From: Candidatus Eiseniibacteriota bacterium
Lineage (GTDB): Bacteria > Eisenbacteria > RBG-16-71-46
Direction: 5' to 3'
Length of the DNA: 64,000 bases
Assembly (NCBI GenBank): GCA_041483195.1
Contig: JBGPFC010000022.1
Location: forward strand, 1-64,000
Shown piece after piece: positions 29,132 through 37,562 of the stretch. Each line of letters opens with the position of its first letter. Within the stretch, counting starts at the first letter, position 1. The notes under the pieces are model-generated. The model searched no databases and was not told where the DNA came from. It saw only the letters and a list, made by a program, of their open reading frames with translations. The position numbers and the translations under genes are program-made.

Positions 29132-32100
29132 CTAGTTGCCCGCGCGCGCCCTCTGGATCCGCCCGTCCGGCTCGACGCGTAGCTCGCCGCCGTTCTTGCA
29201 CCGCCCGGCCACCAGCCGTTCCATCGCGTCGCGCACGGTGCGACCGGTATCCAGACGGTTCGCGCCGGCGGCGAGGACGTTGTAGTTGTCGCCGCCGGTC
29301 GCCATGAAGTTGTTGCACGCGACCCGGTAGCGGCGCAGATCGTCGAGCGCCGCGCCGTCGGCGCGCGTGATCGTGACCACCCGCTGGCCGGCGGGCCGAT
29401 CCGAATCGTACGTGAATCGAATGCCGCTCACCTGGGTCACGCGCCCGAAGCGCAGGCCGTCCTCGATCGCCTGCTTCACCTCGGCCGCCGTCAGGTCGAG
29501 CGTGAAGATGGTGTTGTCGAATGGCATGATCTCGTAGATCCCGCCCCGAGTGATCTCGCCTTCGGCGAGATCGGCGCGCAGGCCCCCGCTGTTCTGCATC
29601 GCGACGTCGGCGCCCACCGCTTCGCGCATCGCGTCCGCCACGAAGTCGCCGATCGCCGATTCCGGGCTGCCGCGGGTCATGCGGCGGGCGTTGCTGCCGA
29701 GCCTCACCGCCGCGAGCGGCGCGATCTCGGCGTTCCAGCGCTCGACGCGCGCCGCCATCGCAGAGTCGGGGGTCACCTCGTCGGCGTATGTGAGCTTGAG
29801 CGACGTGCGGTGCTCGATCACGCGATGCGCGACCGGATCCACCACCAGATCGCAGACCGCGATGACCTGCCCGTGCGAGCCCGCGATCATGACCGGCACT
29901 CCGTCGATCTCGTCGAGCACCAGATTGTGGCTGTGGCCGCCGAACCACGCGTCCACCCCGTGCACGCCGCGCGCGAGACGCGGGAGGTCGCCCGAGACCG
30001 CACGCCGCGTCGAGTCGGTCTCGGCCGGAATGTGGCCGACGCCGATCACGATCTCGGCGTGCTCTCGCTTGCGGAGCACCGGGACCAGCCGCGCGGCGGT
30101 CGCGGAGTCGTCGGCGAAGCGAAGGTGGGCGACGTAGGCGGGCAGCGTCACCGTCGGCGTATTGCGGTAGCACAGTCCGAACACGCCAACGCGCACGCCG
30201 CGCCGTGCGACCAGGGTATCGGCGCGCGCCCAGCGCGGGCGCTTGCCGTTCGAGCGCTGCAGCAGGTTGGCGCCGAGCGCCGCGAAGTGCATCTCGCTCA
30301 CCCGCTCCGCGAGCGTGTCGGCGGTCCAGTCGAATTCGTGGTTGCCGATCGCGGTCGCTGCGTAGCGCAGCGCGTTCATCTGCTCGACCACCGGGCGCCC
30401 GAACTGGAGGTTCGAGATCATCGTGCCCTGGAAGCAGTCGCCGCCGTCGATCAGCAGCGTGCCTTCGGGATTCTCGGCGCGCAGCCGCTCGATGTGGGCG
30501 GCCAGCACCGCCGAGCCGCCGTATGCGCGCCGCGTGCGGCGCTCGCTCGCTCCGGGCAGGATCGCGCCGTGGAAGTCGGTGGTCTCGAGCACGCGCAGCG
30601 TCGGGAAGCGGGTGTTCGCGACCAGCCCGACGATCTGCGCGCGGGTCAGCGTGTCGCGCAGGAATTCGCGCTCGCGCGGCGCGGGCAGCAGCGAGGTGCC
30701 GGTCATGAGGCCGCGACGGAACCCCGCGTCGGGAAACGCCGCCAGCGAATAATTCACGTAGCGCGCGGCGCGTTCGCACCATTCGAGCGCGAGCGAGAGC
30801 GGCATGATCGCGAATGGCCGCATGCGCTCGAGCGACCCGGCATCTCCGAGCACGCGGCGCCGCAGCAGGCCATCGAGCCACGGCTCGAGCGAATCCGGCA
30901 CGTCGGCGAACGCGTTCGAGAGGCGCTTCTCGCGCCAGCCGTAGGCGCGCGCCAGCCAGTAGCCGAGATCGCCGCGCCGCGCCGGCTCGTCAGCGCCGAG
31001 ACGGTAGACTTCCCCCTTCGGGGCCAGGCCCTGCCGCACCATGAGGTCGATCAGCGGCCGCTCCGGCGTCGAAGCGTAGTCGGGCAGCATCCCCCAGTTG
31101 TGAGTCCACGCCCCGTCGAGAGTCTTCATCCTCGTCGCATACGCGACCAGCAGCTCGGGAATCGACGCAGAGGAGCGCCACACCTTGGGGGTGTCGCCCA
31201 GTCCCTCGAAGCCTCCGCCACCGTTCGCGCGGTAGCTGTTCACGGCCACCCGGACCGTCTGCGCGGCCGGGATCGGCGCGCCGTGATACACGAGGTTCAG
31301 CACGCGCTGGCCGGGGGGACGCGAGGGATCGAGCTCGTAGCTCACGCCCTCCGCCGCGTCGAAGTTGTATCCCGGCATTCCGGGGACGGCCAGCGGCCGG
31401 TCGCGTTCGAACGTGTACGGCGCCAGGTAGAGCGCCGATTGCTCGAGCACGTCGCGCAGCTGTCCTAAGGTGAGCTCGACCACGTCGAGCGTGTTCTCGT
31501 AGGGGTAGGCGCGCAGCAGGTCGCGCACGGTAACCGGGCCGCGCGCGATCTTCGCGGCTGGATCGGGGAGCGCGGCCAGCGAGATGTCGGCGCCGCTCGC
31601 ATCGAGCTGCACGCGCTGGATGAGCTCCCAGAGCGGTCCGTCGTCGAAACGCCCGCGCGGCGCGCCGATCTCGCGCGCGGCGGTCGCGACCACCCTCGAG
31701 AGCAGCGATTCGGCGGCCGCGTGGTAGGGCGCGGCCAGCGCCTCGATGGCGGGATCGACCGGGGTCGAGTCCGCGACCGCGATGACCTGGCACGTGGTGC
31801 CGGTCAGCGTCCAGCGACTGGCCGCTTTCTCGCGCGTGAGCGTGAGATCCACCCGTCCCAGACCCTCGCCCCACTTGCCCGCCTGCGTCGCGGTCACGGC
31901 GCCGAAACGCTGGGACGGCACCACGGCATGGGTGTGCCCGAGGATGACCACGTCGACGCCCGGCACCTCGGTCGCGAGCCGCACGCCCCAGTTCTCGCCG
32001 GGGGTGTCGCCCTTGCGCTCGATCCCCGAGGCGTCGCGCTCGAGACCGGTGTGCGCGAGCAGCACGACCACGTCGCAGTGCTCGCGCTCGCGCAGCAGCC

Positions 32101-32692
32101 GCGCCTCGTGGCTCGCGGTTTCGACCGGCGAGCGGAAATCGAGCCCCGCGACATTCGCCGAATCCTCGAACGAAACGACCGCGGGGGTGGTGATGCCGAC
32201 GATCCCGACCTTCACGCCGCCGATGGTCTTGATCAGCGACGTCCCGAACGCCGGGCCGCCCTCGCGCTCGACGTTGACCGCGAGCCACGGAAACCGCGCC
32301 TCCGCCCGCGCGCGCGCCATGCCGTCGAGCCCGAGATCGAACTCGTGGTTGCCGACCGCCATCGCGTCGTACCCCATGAGGTTCATCGCCGCGATCATCG
32401 GGTCGGGCGGCGCGCCTTCGCCGCGCGGGCGCAGCGCCTCGATGCCGCCCTGCATGCAATCGCCGCCGTCGAGCAGCAGCGTGGGCCTGCCTTCGGCCCG
32501 CACGCTTCGCACGAGCGACGCGATCTTCGTCAATCCGCGGTTCGCCGGGCGCGCGGCGAGGTAGTCGTAAGCGGTGAGCGCGCCGTGGAGATCGGTGGTG
32601 TGGAGGAGCACGAGCTTCGTCTCCTCGGCGTGCGCGGCGCCCGACAGCAACGACGCGAGCCCGAGGGCGATGGCGAGGCGATGGGGTCGCAT
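29132..32692 (-). CDS. Secreted tandem 2',3'-cyclic phosphodiesterase/5'-nucleotidase
   Basis: Two full sets of TTDxHG, DGGD, GNHEFD, GHxH motifs, each followed by a 5'-nucleotidase C domain. Confidence 0.9.
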   Translation of the reverse strand: MRPHRLAIALGLASLLSGAAHAEETKLVLLHTTDLHGALTAYDYLAARPANRGLTKIASLVRSVRAEGRPTLLLDGGDCMQGGIEALRPRGEGAPPDPMIAAMNLMGYDAMAVGNHEFDLGLDGMARARAEARFPWLAVNVEREGGPAFGTSLIKTIGGVKVGIVGITTPAVVSFEDSANVAGLDFRSPVETASHEARLLREREHCDVVVLLAHTGLERDASGIERKGDTPGENWGVRLATEVPGVDVVILGHTHAVVPSQRFGAVTATQAGKWGEGLGRVDLTLTREKAASRWTLTGTTCQVIAVADSTPVDPAIEALAAPYHAAAESLLSRVVATAAREIGAPRGRFDDGPLWELIQRVQLDASGADISLAALPDPAAKIARGPVTVRDLLRAYPYENTLDVVELTLGQLRDVLEQSALYLAPYTFERDRPLAVPGMPGYNFDAAEGVSYELDPSRPPGQRVLNLVYHGAPIPAAQTVRVAVNSYRANGGGGFEGLGDTPKVWRSSASIPELLVAYATRMKTLDGAWTHNWGMLPDYASTPERPLIDLMVRQGLAPKGEVYRLGADEPARRGDLGYWLARAYGWREKRLSNAFADVPDSLEPWLDGLLRRRVLGDAGSLERMRPFAIMPLSLALEWCERAARYVNYSLAAFPDAGFRRGLMTGTSLLPAPREREFLRDTLTRAQIVGLVANTRFPTLRVLETTDFHGAILPGASERRTRRAYGGSAVLAAHIERLRAENPEGTLLIDGGDCFQGTMISNLQFGRPVVEQMNALRYAATAIGNHEFDWTADTLAERVSEMHFAALGANLLQRSNGKRPRWARADTLVARRGVRVGVFGLCYRNTPTVTLPAYVAHLRFADDSATAARLVPVLRKREHAEIVIGVGHIPAETDSTRRAVSGDLPRLARGVHGVDAWFGGHSHNLVLDEIDGVPVMIAGSHGQVIAVCDLVVDPVAHRVIEHRTSLKLTYADEVTPDSAMAARVERWNAEIAPLAAVRLGSNARRMTRGSPESAIGDFVADAMREAVGADVAMQNSGGLRADLAEGEITRGGIYEIMPFDNTIFTLDLTAAEVKQAIEDGLRFGRVTQVSGIRFTYDSDRPAGQRVVTITRADGAALDDLRRYRVACNNFMATGGDNYNVLAAGANRLDTGRTVRDAMERLVAGRCKNGGELRVEPDGRIQRARAGN

Positions 32693-32820
32693 GGAGGGGA
32701 CGAACGCTAGCATCCGCGCGATGCGCGTTCAACAGCCCGCGCCGTGCGGCCGACGGTTTGCCCGGCCGCGCGCGCGCGGGCTAGAGTGCCGAGGCTCTCA
32801 GGCGCCACTCGAAGGAGAAC

Positions 32821-33591
32821 ATGTCAGACACCATTCGCTGTCCCGATTGCGGCCACGACAACGCGCCAGGCGCCACGGGCTGCGCGCAGTGCAATTTCCC
32901 GCTGGCGCCCGAGGCGCACGGCAAGCCGGCGGCTCCGCCGGGGGCTTCGGCCGCCGGGCCCAGGGCGCCCGCGATTCCGCGGCCGACGCGCCCGATCCGC
33001 CCGCGGCGCCCGCGGCCCCAGTCGAATCAGGCGCTCACGCTGTGGCTCGCGTTCGGCGCGCTGGCCGCGCTCACGGTGATCTTCGTCGCGATCCAGGCGA
33101 ACGTCGAGCGCGCGCAGCAGCCGGTCGAGGGCGCGAGCGTCCTGGATCAGCGGGAGGCCGATTCGCTGCGCGCCGTGCTCGAGAAGGACTCCACCGACGT
33201 GGAGACGCGCATCCGGCTCGCCGACATCCTCTACAACACCGCCAACTGGCCGGATGCCATCGTGCAATACCGCTCGGCGGTCCATCACGACTCGACCCGC
33301 GCCACCGCGATCGTCGATCTCGGCGTGTGCTACTTCAACCTGAGCGACGCCGAGCAGGCCGAGCGGCTGTTCATGCTCGCGCTGACCCGCGACCCGCACC
33401 AGCCGGTCGCGCTCTTCAACCTCGGCATCGTGCACGAGCAGCGCTCGGACTGGGACGAGGCGCTCAAGTACTTCCATCGCGCGCTGCAGAGCGATCCGCC
33501 CGAAGACATGCGCAAGCCGCTGATGGACGCGATGGAGCGGATCATGAAGCGGCAGGGGAAGAGCGCGCCGCCGCTCGGCGGCGGAGGCTAG
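32821..33591 (+). CDS. Zinc-ribbon, single-TM, TPR protein
   Basis: CPDC...CAQC; TM; TPRs (ALFNLGIV). Confidence 0.8.
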   Translation: MSDTIRCPDCGHDNAPGATGCAQCNFPLAPEAHGKPAAPPGASAAGPRAPAIPRPTRPIRPRRPRPQSNQALTLWLAFGALAALTVIFVAIQANVERAQQPVEGASVLDQREADSLRAVLEKDSTDVETRIRLADILYNTANWPDAIVQYRSAVHHDSTRATAIVDLGVCYFNLSDAEQAERLFMLALTRDPHQPVALFNLGIVHEQRSDWDEALKYFHRALQSDPPEDMRKPLMDAMERIMKRQGKSAPPLGGGG

Positions 33592-33635
33592 GCGCCCGCC
33601 GCGCCGGGCAGCAGCCCGAATGCGCGCAGCCAGTC
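33588..33635 (-). pseudogene. Orphan copy of the 3' end of the 34635-35327 gene
   Basis: Reads DWLRAFGLLPGAAGA* versus RLLRSLGLLPDRAGV in the intact gene; shared GGCAGCAGCCCGA. Confidence 0.6.
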
Positions 33636-33660
33636 AAACCTATGATTGCGCTTCGCGGGC

Positions 33661-34584
33661 TCATCGCTTTCTTTCTCGCCGGGTCACAGCACCCCGCACC
33701 GCTTTCATGAGTTCGACACCCTTGGCGCGCCGCCCATCAAAGCGCGCGCCGCTCAGGCGCATGATCCCAGCGGAGAACCCGACAGGATGGAAAAGCCCGT
33801 CAGGATCGCGGCGGAGCAAGAGGACGGCCGGCTCGCTCGGAACGTAGTCGGAAAGGCAGTACACCGGGATCATCGGCCCCGCAGGAGTACCGAAGAGGAC
33901 CGTATCGATCGCCACCGTCACGCAGGGAGCGTTCACCCGAACGGGGGGATGCGGGAGAGGCCGTGATACCGCCCGGCCGACGATCCCGAGGCTGGCTGCC
34001 GCGACGAGCGAATCCAGAGACTGTCGTTGCAGGGCACGCTCGACATCCGCGATGGTTGCTGCCTCAGTCGACGGTTCCAGGACGAGCGCTCCGCCCCAGG
34101 GACGATCGGGGCCTGTGTTGAGATAGAGCGACGCGCGCCCTTCGAAAAGGAACAGCACAACTCTTCGTGTCGCCCTCTCGCCATCTGCCTTGCCGAGCAT
34201 TTCCTGGAGGCGGGACCTGGGACCACCCAGTCTCACGCTCAGGGTTGTGCCGATACTCCGCGCAGCGCCCCTCAGCCAGCGGATGGGACGAATACGAACT
34301 GAACTGACCTCGACACGACCGTCACCGCTTGTCGGATCTTCCAACTCCACGGTGTCTTGAAAGCCTTCAATCGTGCAGAGGACGATTGCATCCGACGAGC
34401 TGATCGCAATCTCGAGCCTCTCGCGTGGGGAGAAATCGCGAACCGGTGGTGGGTAGGTCGTGGCCTGCGATATCGATCCCAGACAACATATGAAGACGAT
34501 AGACAGAGCAGAACATCTGCCGAGGACTGTGAGGACTGTGTAGCGACGGCTCTTCTTGCATGGTGTCGAATGGCTGCTCCTCAT
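33661..34584 (-). CDS. Hypothetical exported protein with lower GC and atypical codons (start uncertain)
   Basis: 3' part of the long ORF; hydrophobic leader ending SQA; two similar segments (AISSSDAIVLCTI, SLVAAASLGIVGRAV). Confidence 0.55.
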   Translation of the reverse strand: MRSSHSTPCKKSRRYTVLTVLGRCSALSIVFICCLGSISQATTYPPPVRDFSPRERLEIAISSSDAIVLCTIEGFQDTVELEDPTSGDGRVEVSSVRIRPIRWLRGAARSIGTTLSVRLGGPRSRLQEMLGKADGERATRRVVLFLFEGRASLYLNTGPDRPWGGALVLEPSTEAATIADVERALQRQSLDSLVAAASLGIVGRAVSRPLPHPPVRVNAPCVTVAIDTVLFGTPAGPMIPVYCLSDYVPSEPAVLLLRRDPDGLFHPVGFSAGIMRLSGARFDGRRAKGVELMKAVRGAVTRRERKR

Positions 34585-34634
34585 CCTACGGCCGCCCTCC
34601 ATCCAGGCAATGGACTCGCGGTGGCATCGGCAAA

Positions 34635-35327
34635 CTACTCTGCACCCGTTTGAACGCCCGCCCGATCCGGCAGCAGCCCGAGCGAGCGCAATAGTCGTCG
34701 CGTGCGGCTCGGCGCTGGCGCGGCGCGCGTGACCGACTCCGCCAGCCATCGCACCAGATCCTCCGGCGTATCGAGATCGTCGAGCTGCGGGAGCAGGTGC
34801 ACGCGCAGCGCGGACGCTCGCGCGCGCTCCAGCGTCTGCCCGAGCACGCGCGCCGTGCTCCACTCGATGCCTTCGAAGATCGCGGGCGCACGCCGCGCGA
34901 GCCCGACGAGGTAGTAGCCGCCGTCGCGGGTCGGCCCCAGCACCAGGTCGTGCGCGGCCAGCGCCGCGAACGCTGCGCGCAGCTCGGGCGCGCCGAGCGC
35001 CGGACAATCCGCGCCGACGATCGCCGCGCGATCGCCGGGACCGGCCAGCAGCTCGTCGAATGCGCTCCCGAGCCTCGAGCCCAGATCCGCGCCCCGCTGC
35101 TCGCGCGCGGCGAATCCGGCGGGCAGCGCGACGGCGTCGCGATCGGCTGGCGCGCCCGCCCAGTAGACGAAGCGTTCTCCGGCATCCGCGCCGGCGGCGG
35201 CCGACAGCGTGTCGTGGAGCAGCGCGCGATAGAGATCGCACGCGAGGGCGGGCGGGAGTGCGGGGGAGAGCCGAGTCTTCACCCGGCCCGGCGCCGGCCA
35301 TTTCGCGAACATCGCGAGGCGATCCAT
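34635..35327 (-). CDS. DUF2064/TIGR04282 family glycosyltransferase-like protein
   Basis: FAKWPAPGRVKTRL, QRGADLGSRL, GADCP, GPTRDGGYYLVG, DLDTPEDL. Confidence 0.88.
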   Translation of the reverse strand: MDRLAMFAKWPAPGRVKTRLSPALPPALACDLYRALLHDTLSAAAGADAGERFVYWAGAPADRDAVALPAGFAAREQRGADLGSRLGSAFDELLAGPGDRAAIVGADCPALGAPELRAAFAALAAHDLVLGPTRDGGYYLVGLARRAPAIFEGIEWSTARVLGQTLERARASALRVHLLPQLDDLDTPEDLVRWLAESVTRAAPAPSRTRRLLRSLGLLPDRAGVQTGAE

Positions 35328-35433
35328 GCGCGGACCATAGCGATTCCGCGAGCGTGCGCAACGGCGGGCCGGGGCGGCGGGCCTCCCGCCATCGACCGCG
35401 GCCCGCGCCTCGAACGCCGCGCACGGTCGCCGG

Positions 35434-35462
35434 TTGACAGTCCCTCGCTGCCTTCCTAGATT
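35434..35462 (+). promoter_or_regulatory. Sigma70-type promoter for lpdA and possibly the downstream FHA cluster
   Basis: TTGACA-N17-TAGATT. Confidence 0.7.
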
Positions 35463-35539
35463 CTGAAGGGTTCGAGACCCTGATCCGAGCCCCCGGCCGT
35501 ATTGCGCCGACGCTTCGTTCCTTCCCAACGAGCCATTCC

Positions 35540-36964
35540 ATGTCCGATCCCAAGCATTTCGACCTCGTGATCGTTGGCGCCGGCCCCGGCGGTTACGTCG
35601 CCGCGATCCGCGCCGCCCAGCTGGGCCTCAAGACCGCGATCGTCGAAAAAGACGAGCTGGGCGGCACCTGCCTCAATTGGGGCTGCATCCCGACCAAGTC
35701 GTGGATCATGACAGCGCACCTCCTCGAGCAGATTCGCCGCGCGAAGGAGTTCGGTATCGAGGTGTCGGAGCCGAAGCTCGACTGGCGCGTGCTGGTGGAG
35801 CGCAAGAACAAGGTGGTCAAGCAGCTCACGGGCGGAGTGGGCACGCTGCTGCGCGGCCGCGGCGTTGAGATCGTGAAGGGCGCCGCCACGCTGGTCTCCG
35901 CGAACCGCGTGGCGATCAGGCCCGCGGGGGGCGCCGCCTCCGAGCTGTCGGCCGCGAACGTGATGCTCGCGACCGGAGCGTACGCTTCGCTGCCGCCCGG
36001 ATTCTCGCTCGATGGCCAGCGCGTCATCACCAGCAAGGAAGCGCTCGACCTCGAGCGCCAGCCGAAGCGCGTGGCCGTGCTGGGCGGAGGCGTGGTGGGG
36101 TGCGAGTTCGCGTGCTTCTTCTCGGCGGTGGGCAGCCAGGTCACGCTGATCGAGATGCTGCCGCGCCTGGTGCCGGCCGAGGACGACGAGATCGCCGAGA
36201 CGCTCGCGCGCGAGATGAAGAAGCGCAAGATCGCGATCCATCTCGACACCCGGGTGGACGGCATGAAGGACCTCACCGACGGATCGATCGCGCTGACGAT
36301 GACGGGAGGGAAGACCATCGAGGTGGATTGCGTGCTGGTCGCGACCGGGCGCCGGCCCTTCGCGAGGGAGCTGGGGCTCGAGGCGCTGGGCGTCAAGCTC
36401 GGCGACCGGGGCAGGATCGTGGTGAACGACCGGCTCGAGACGACGGTCAAGGGCGTGTACGCGATCGGCGACGTCACCGACATCAAGCAGCTCGCGCACT
36501 TCGCGTCGGCGCAGGGCAAGGCGGCCGCGGAGGTCATCGCGGGGCACGCCGCGCAAACCAACTGGCGCGCGGTGCCGGCCGCCACCTTCACGACCCCCGA
36601 GATCGCCAGCGTCGGCCTCACCGAGAACGAGGCGAAGGCCGGGGGACGCGCCCTCCGGATCGGGCGTTTCCCGTTCCGCGCGCATGGCCGCAACATCGCG
36701 GACGGCGAGACCGCGGGCTTCGTCAAGCTGATCGCAGACGCCAGGAGCGGGCAGGTGCTCGGCGCCCACATCATCGGCGCGAAGGCGAGCGAGCTCATTC
36801 ACGAATGCTCGCTCGCGATCGCCGCCGATCTCGACGTCCGCGATCTGGCCCAGGCGATCCACGCGCACCCGACGATGACGGAGGCGATCGGTGAAGCCGC
36901 CGAGGACGCGGAAGGCATCGCGATCCACCTCATGCGCCAGGAGGCGAAGGCCGCGGCCCGCTAG
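35540..36964 (+). CDS. lpdA: Dihydrolipoyl dehydrogenase
   Basis: GAGPGGYVAAIRAAQLG, GGTCLNWGCIPTK, HAHPTMTE. Confidence 0.97.
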   Translation: MSDPKHFDLVIVGAGPGGYVAAIRAAQLGLKTAIVEKDELGGTCLNWGCIPTKSWIMTAHLLEQIRRAKEFGIEVSEPKLDWRVLVERKNKVVKQLTGGVGTLLRGRGVEIVKGAATLVSANRVAIRPAGGAASELSAANVMLATGAYASLPPGFSLDGQRVITSKEALDLERQPKRVAVLGGGVVGCEFACFFSAVGSQVTLIEMLPRLVPAEDDEIAETLAREMKKRKIAIHLDTRVDGMKDLTDGSIALTMTGGKTIEVDCVLVATGRRPFARELGLEALGVKLGDRGRIVVNDRLETTVKGVYAIGDVTDIKQLAHFASAQGKAAAEVIAGHAAQTNWRAVPAATFTTPEIASVGLTENEAKAGGRALRIGRFPFRAHGRNIADGETAGFVKLIADARSGQVLGAHIIGAKASELIHECSLAIAADLDVRDLAQAIHAHPTMTEAIGEAAEDAEGIAIHLMRQEAKAAAR

Positions 36965-36978
36965 GGGCGACCGCACAC

Positions 36979-37557
36979 ATGTTCGGCCCGAAGATCGTCA
37001 AACGCTGCGCCAAGGGACACGTGATGGAGCTCGCGTGGCGACGATGTCCGCGCTGCACCGGCCGCAGCACCAAGGCGCAGACCGGGCGCGACATCACAGA
37101 GCAGACCATCATCGCCGCTCCGTCCACCCCCGCCGCCGACGAGACCCGGATCTTCACCCCGAGCGTTTCGCGCCCGCCCGCGCCGGCGGGGGCGAAGTCC
37201 GCCCCGGCCGCCGCGGCTCCGCCGCCCCCGCCGCCGCCGCCGCCTCCGCTCGGCAAGCTCGAAGTGATCGGCGGTCCGCTCGCCGGGCAGTCGTTCCCGC
37301 TCGAGCCCGGCGTCTACCGCATCGGGAAGGCGCCGCCGCAGGCGCCGGACGGCGTGAGCCTCACGATCACCGGAGACCGCTTCATGTCGAAGGTGCACGC
37401 CGTGCTCACCATGGGCACCGCGCAGCTGGTGTTGAGCGATCCCGGATCCACGAACGGCACGTTCGTGAACGGGGAGCGCGCGAGCCGCACCGTGTTGAAA
37501 GATGGAGACGAGGTGCGAATGGGCGAGTCGCTGTTCCGCATCGTGCTGGGCCGCTGA
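36979..37557 (+). CDS. FHA domain protein with N-terminal zinc-ribbon-like motif
   Basis: CAKGH...CPRC; Pro linker; MSKVHA and GSTNGTFVNG. Confidence 0.85.
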   Translation: MFGPKIVKRCAKGHVMELAWRRCPRCTGRSTKAQTGRDITEQTIIAAPSTPAADETRIFTPSVSRPPAPAGAKSAPAAAAPPPPPPPPPPLGKLEVIGGPLAGQSFPLEPGVYRIGKAPPQAPDGVSLTITGDRFMSKVHAVLTMGTAQLVLSDPGSTNGTFVNGERASRTVLKDGDEVRMGESLFRIVLGR

Positions 37558-37562
37558 TCGCG

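Noticed and set aside
33661..35553. Single 630-aa ORF
   Set aside because: Its 5' half overlaps the DUF2064 gene in another frame; only the 3' ~307 codons look like a real gene
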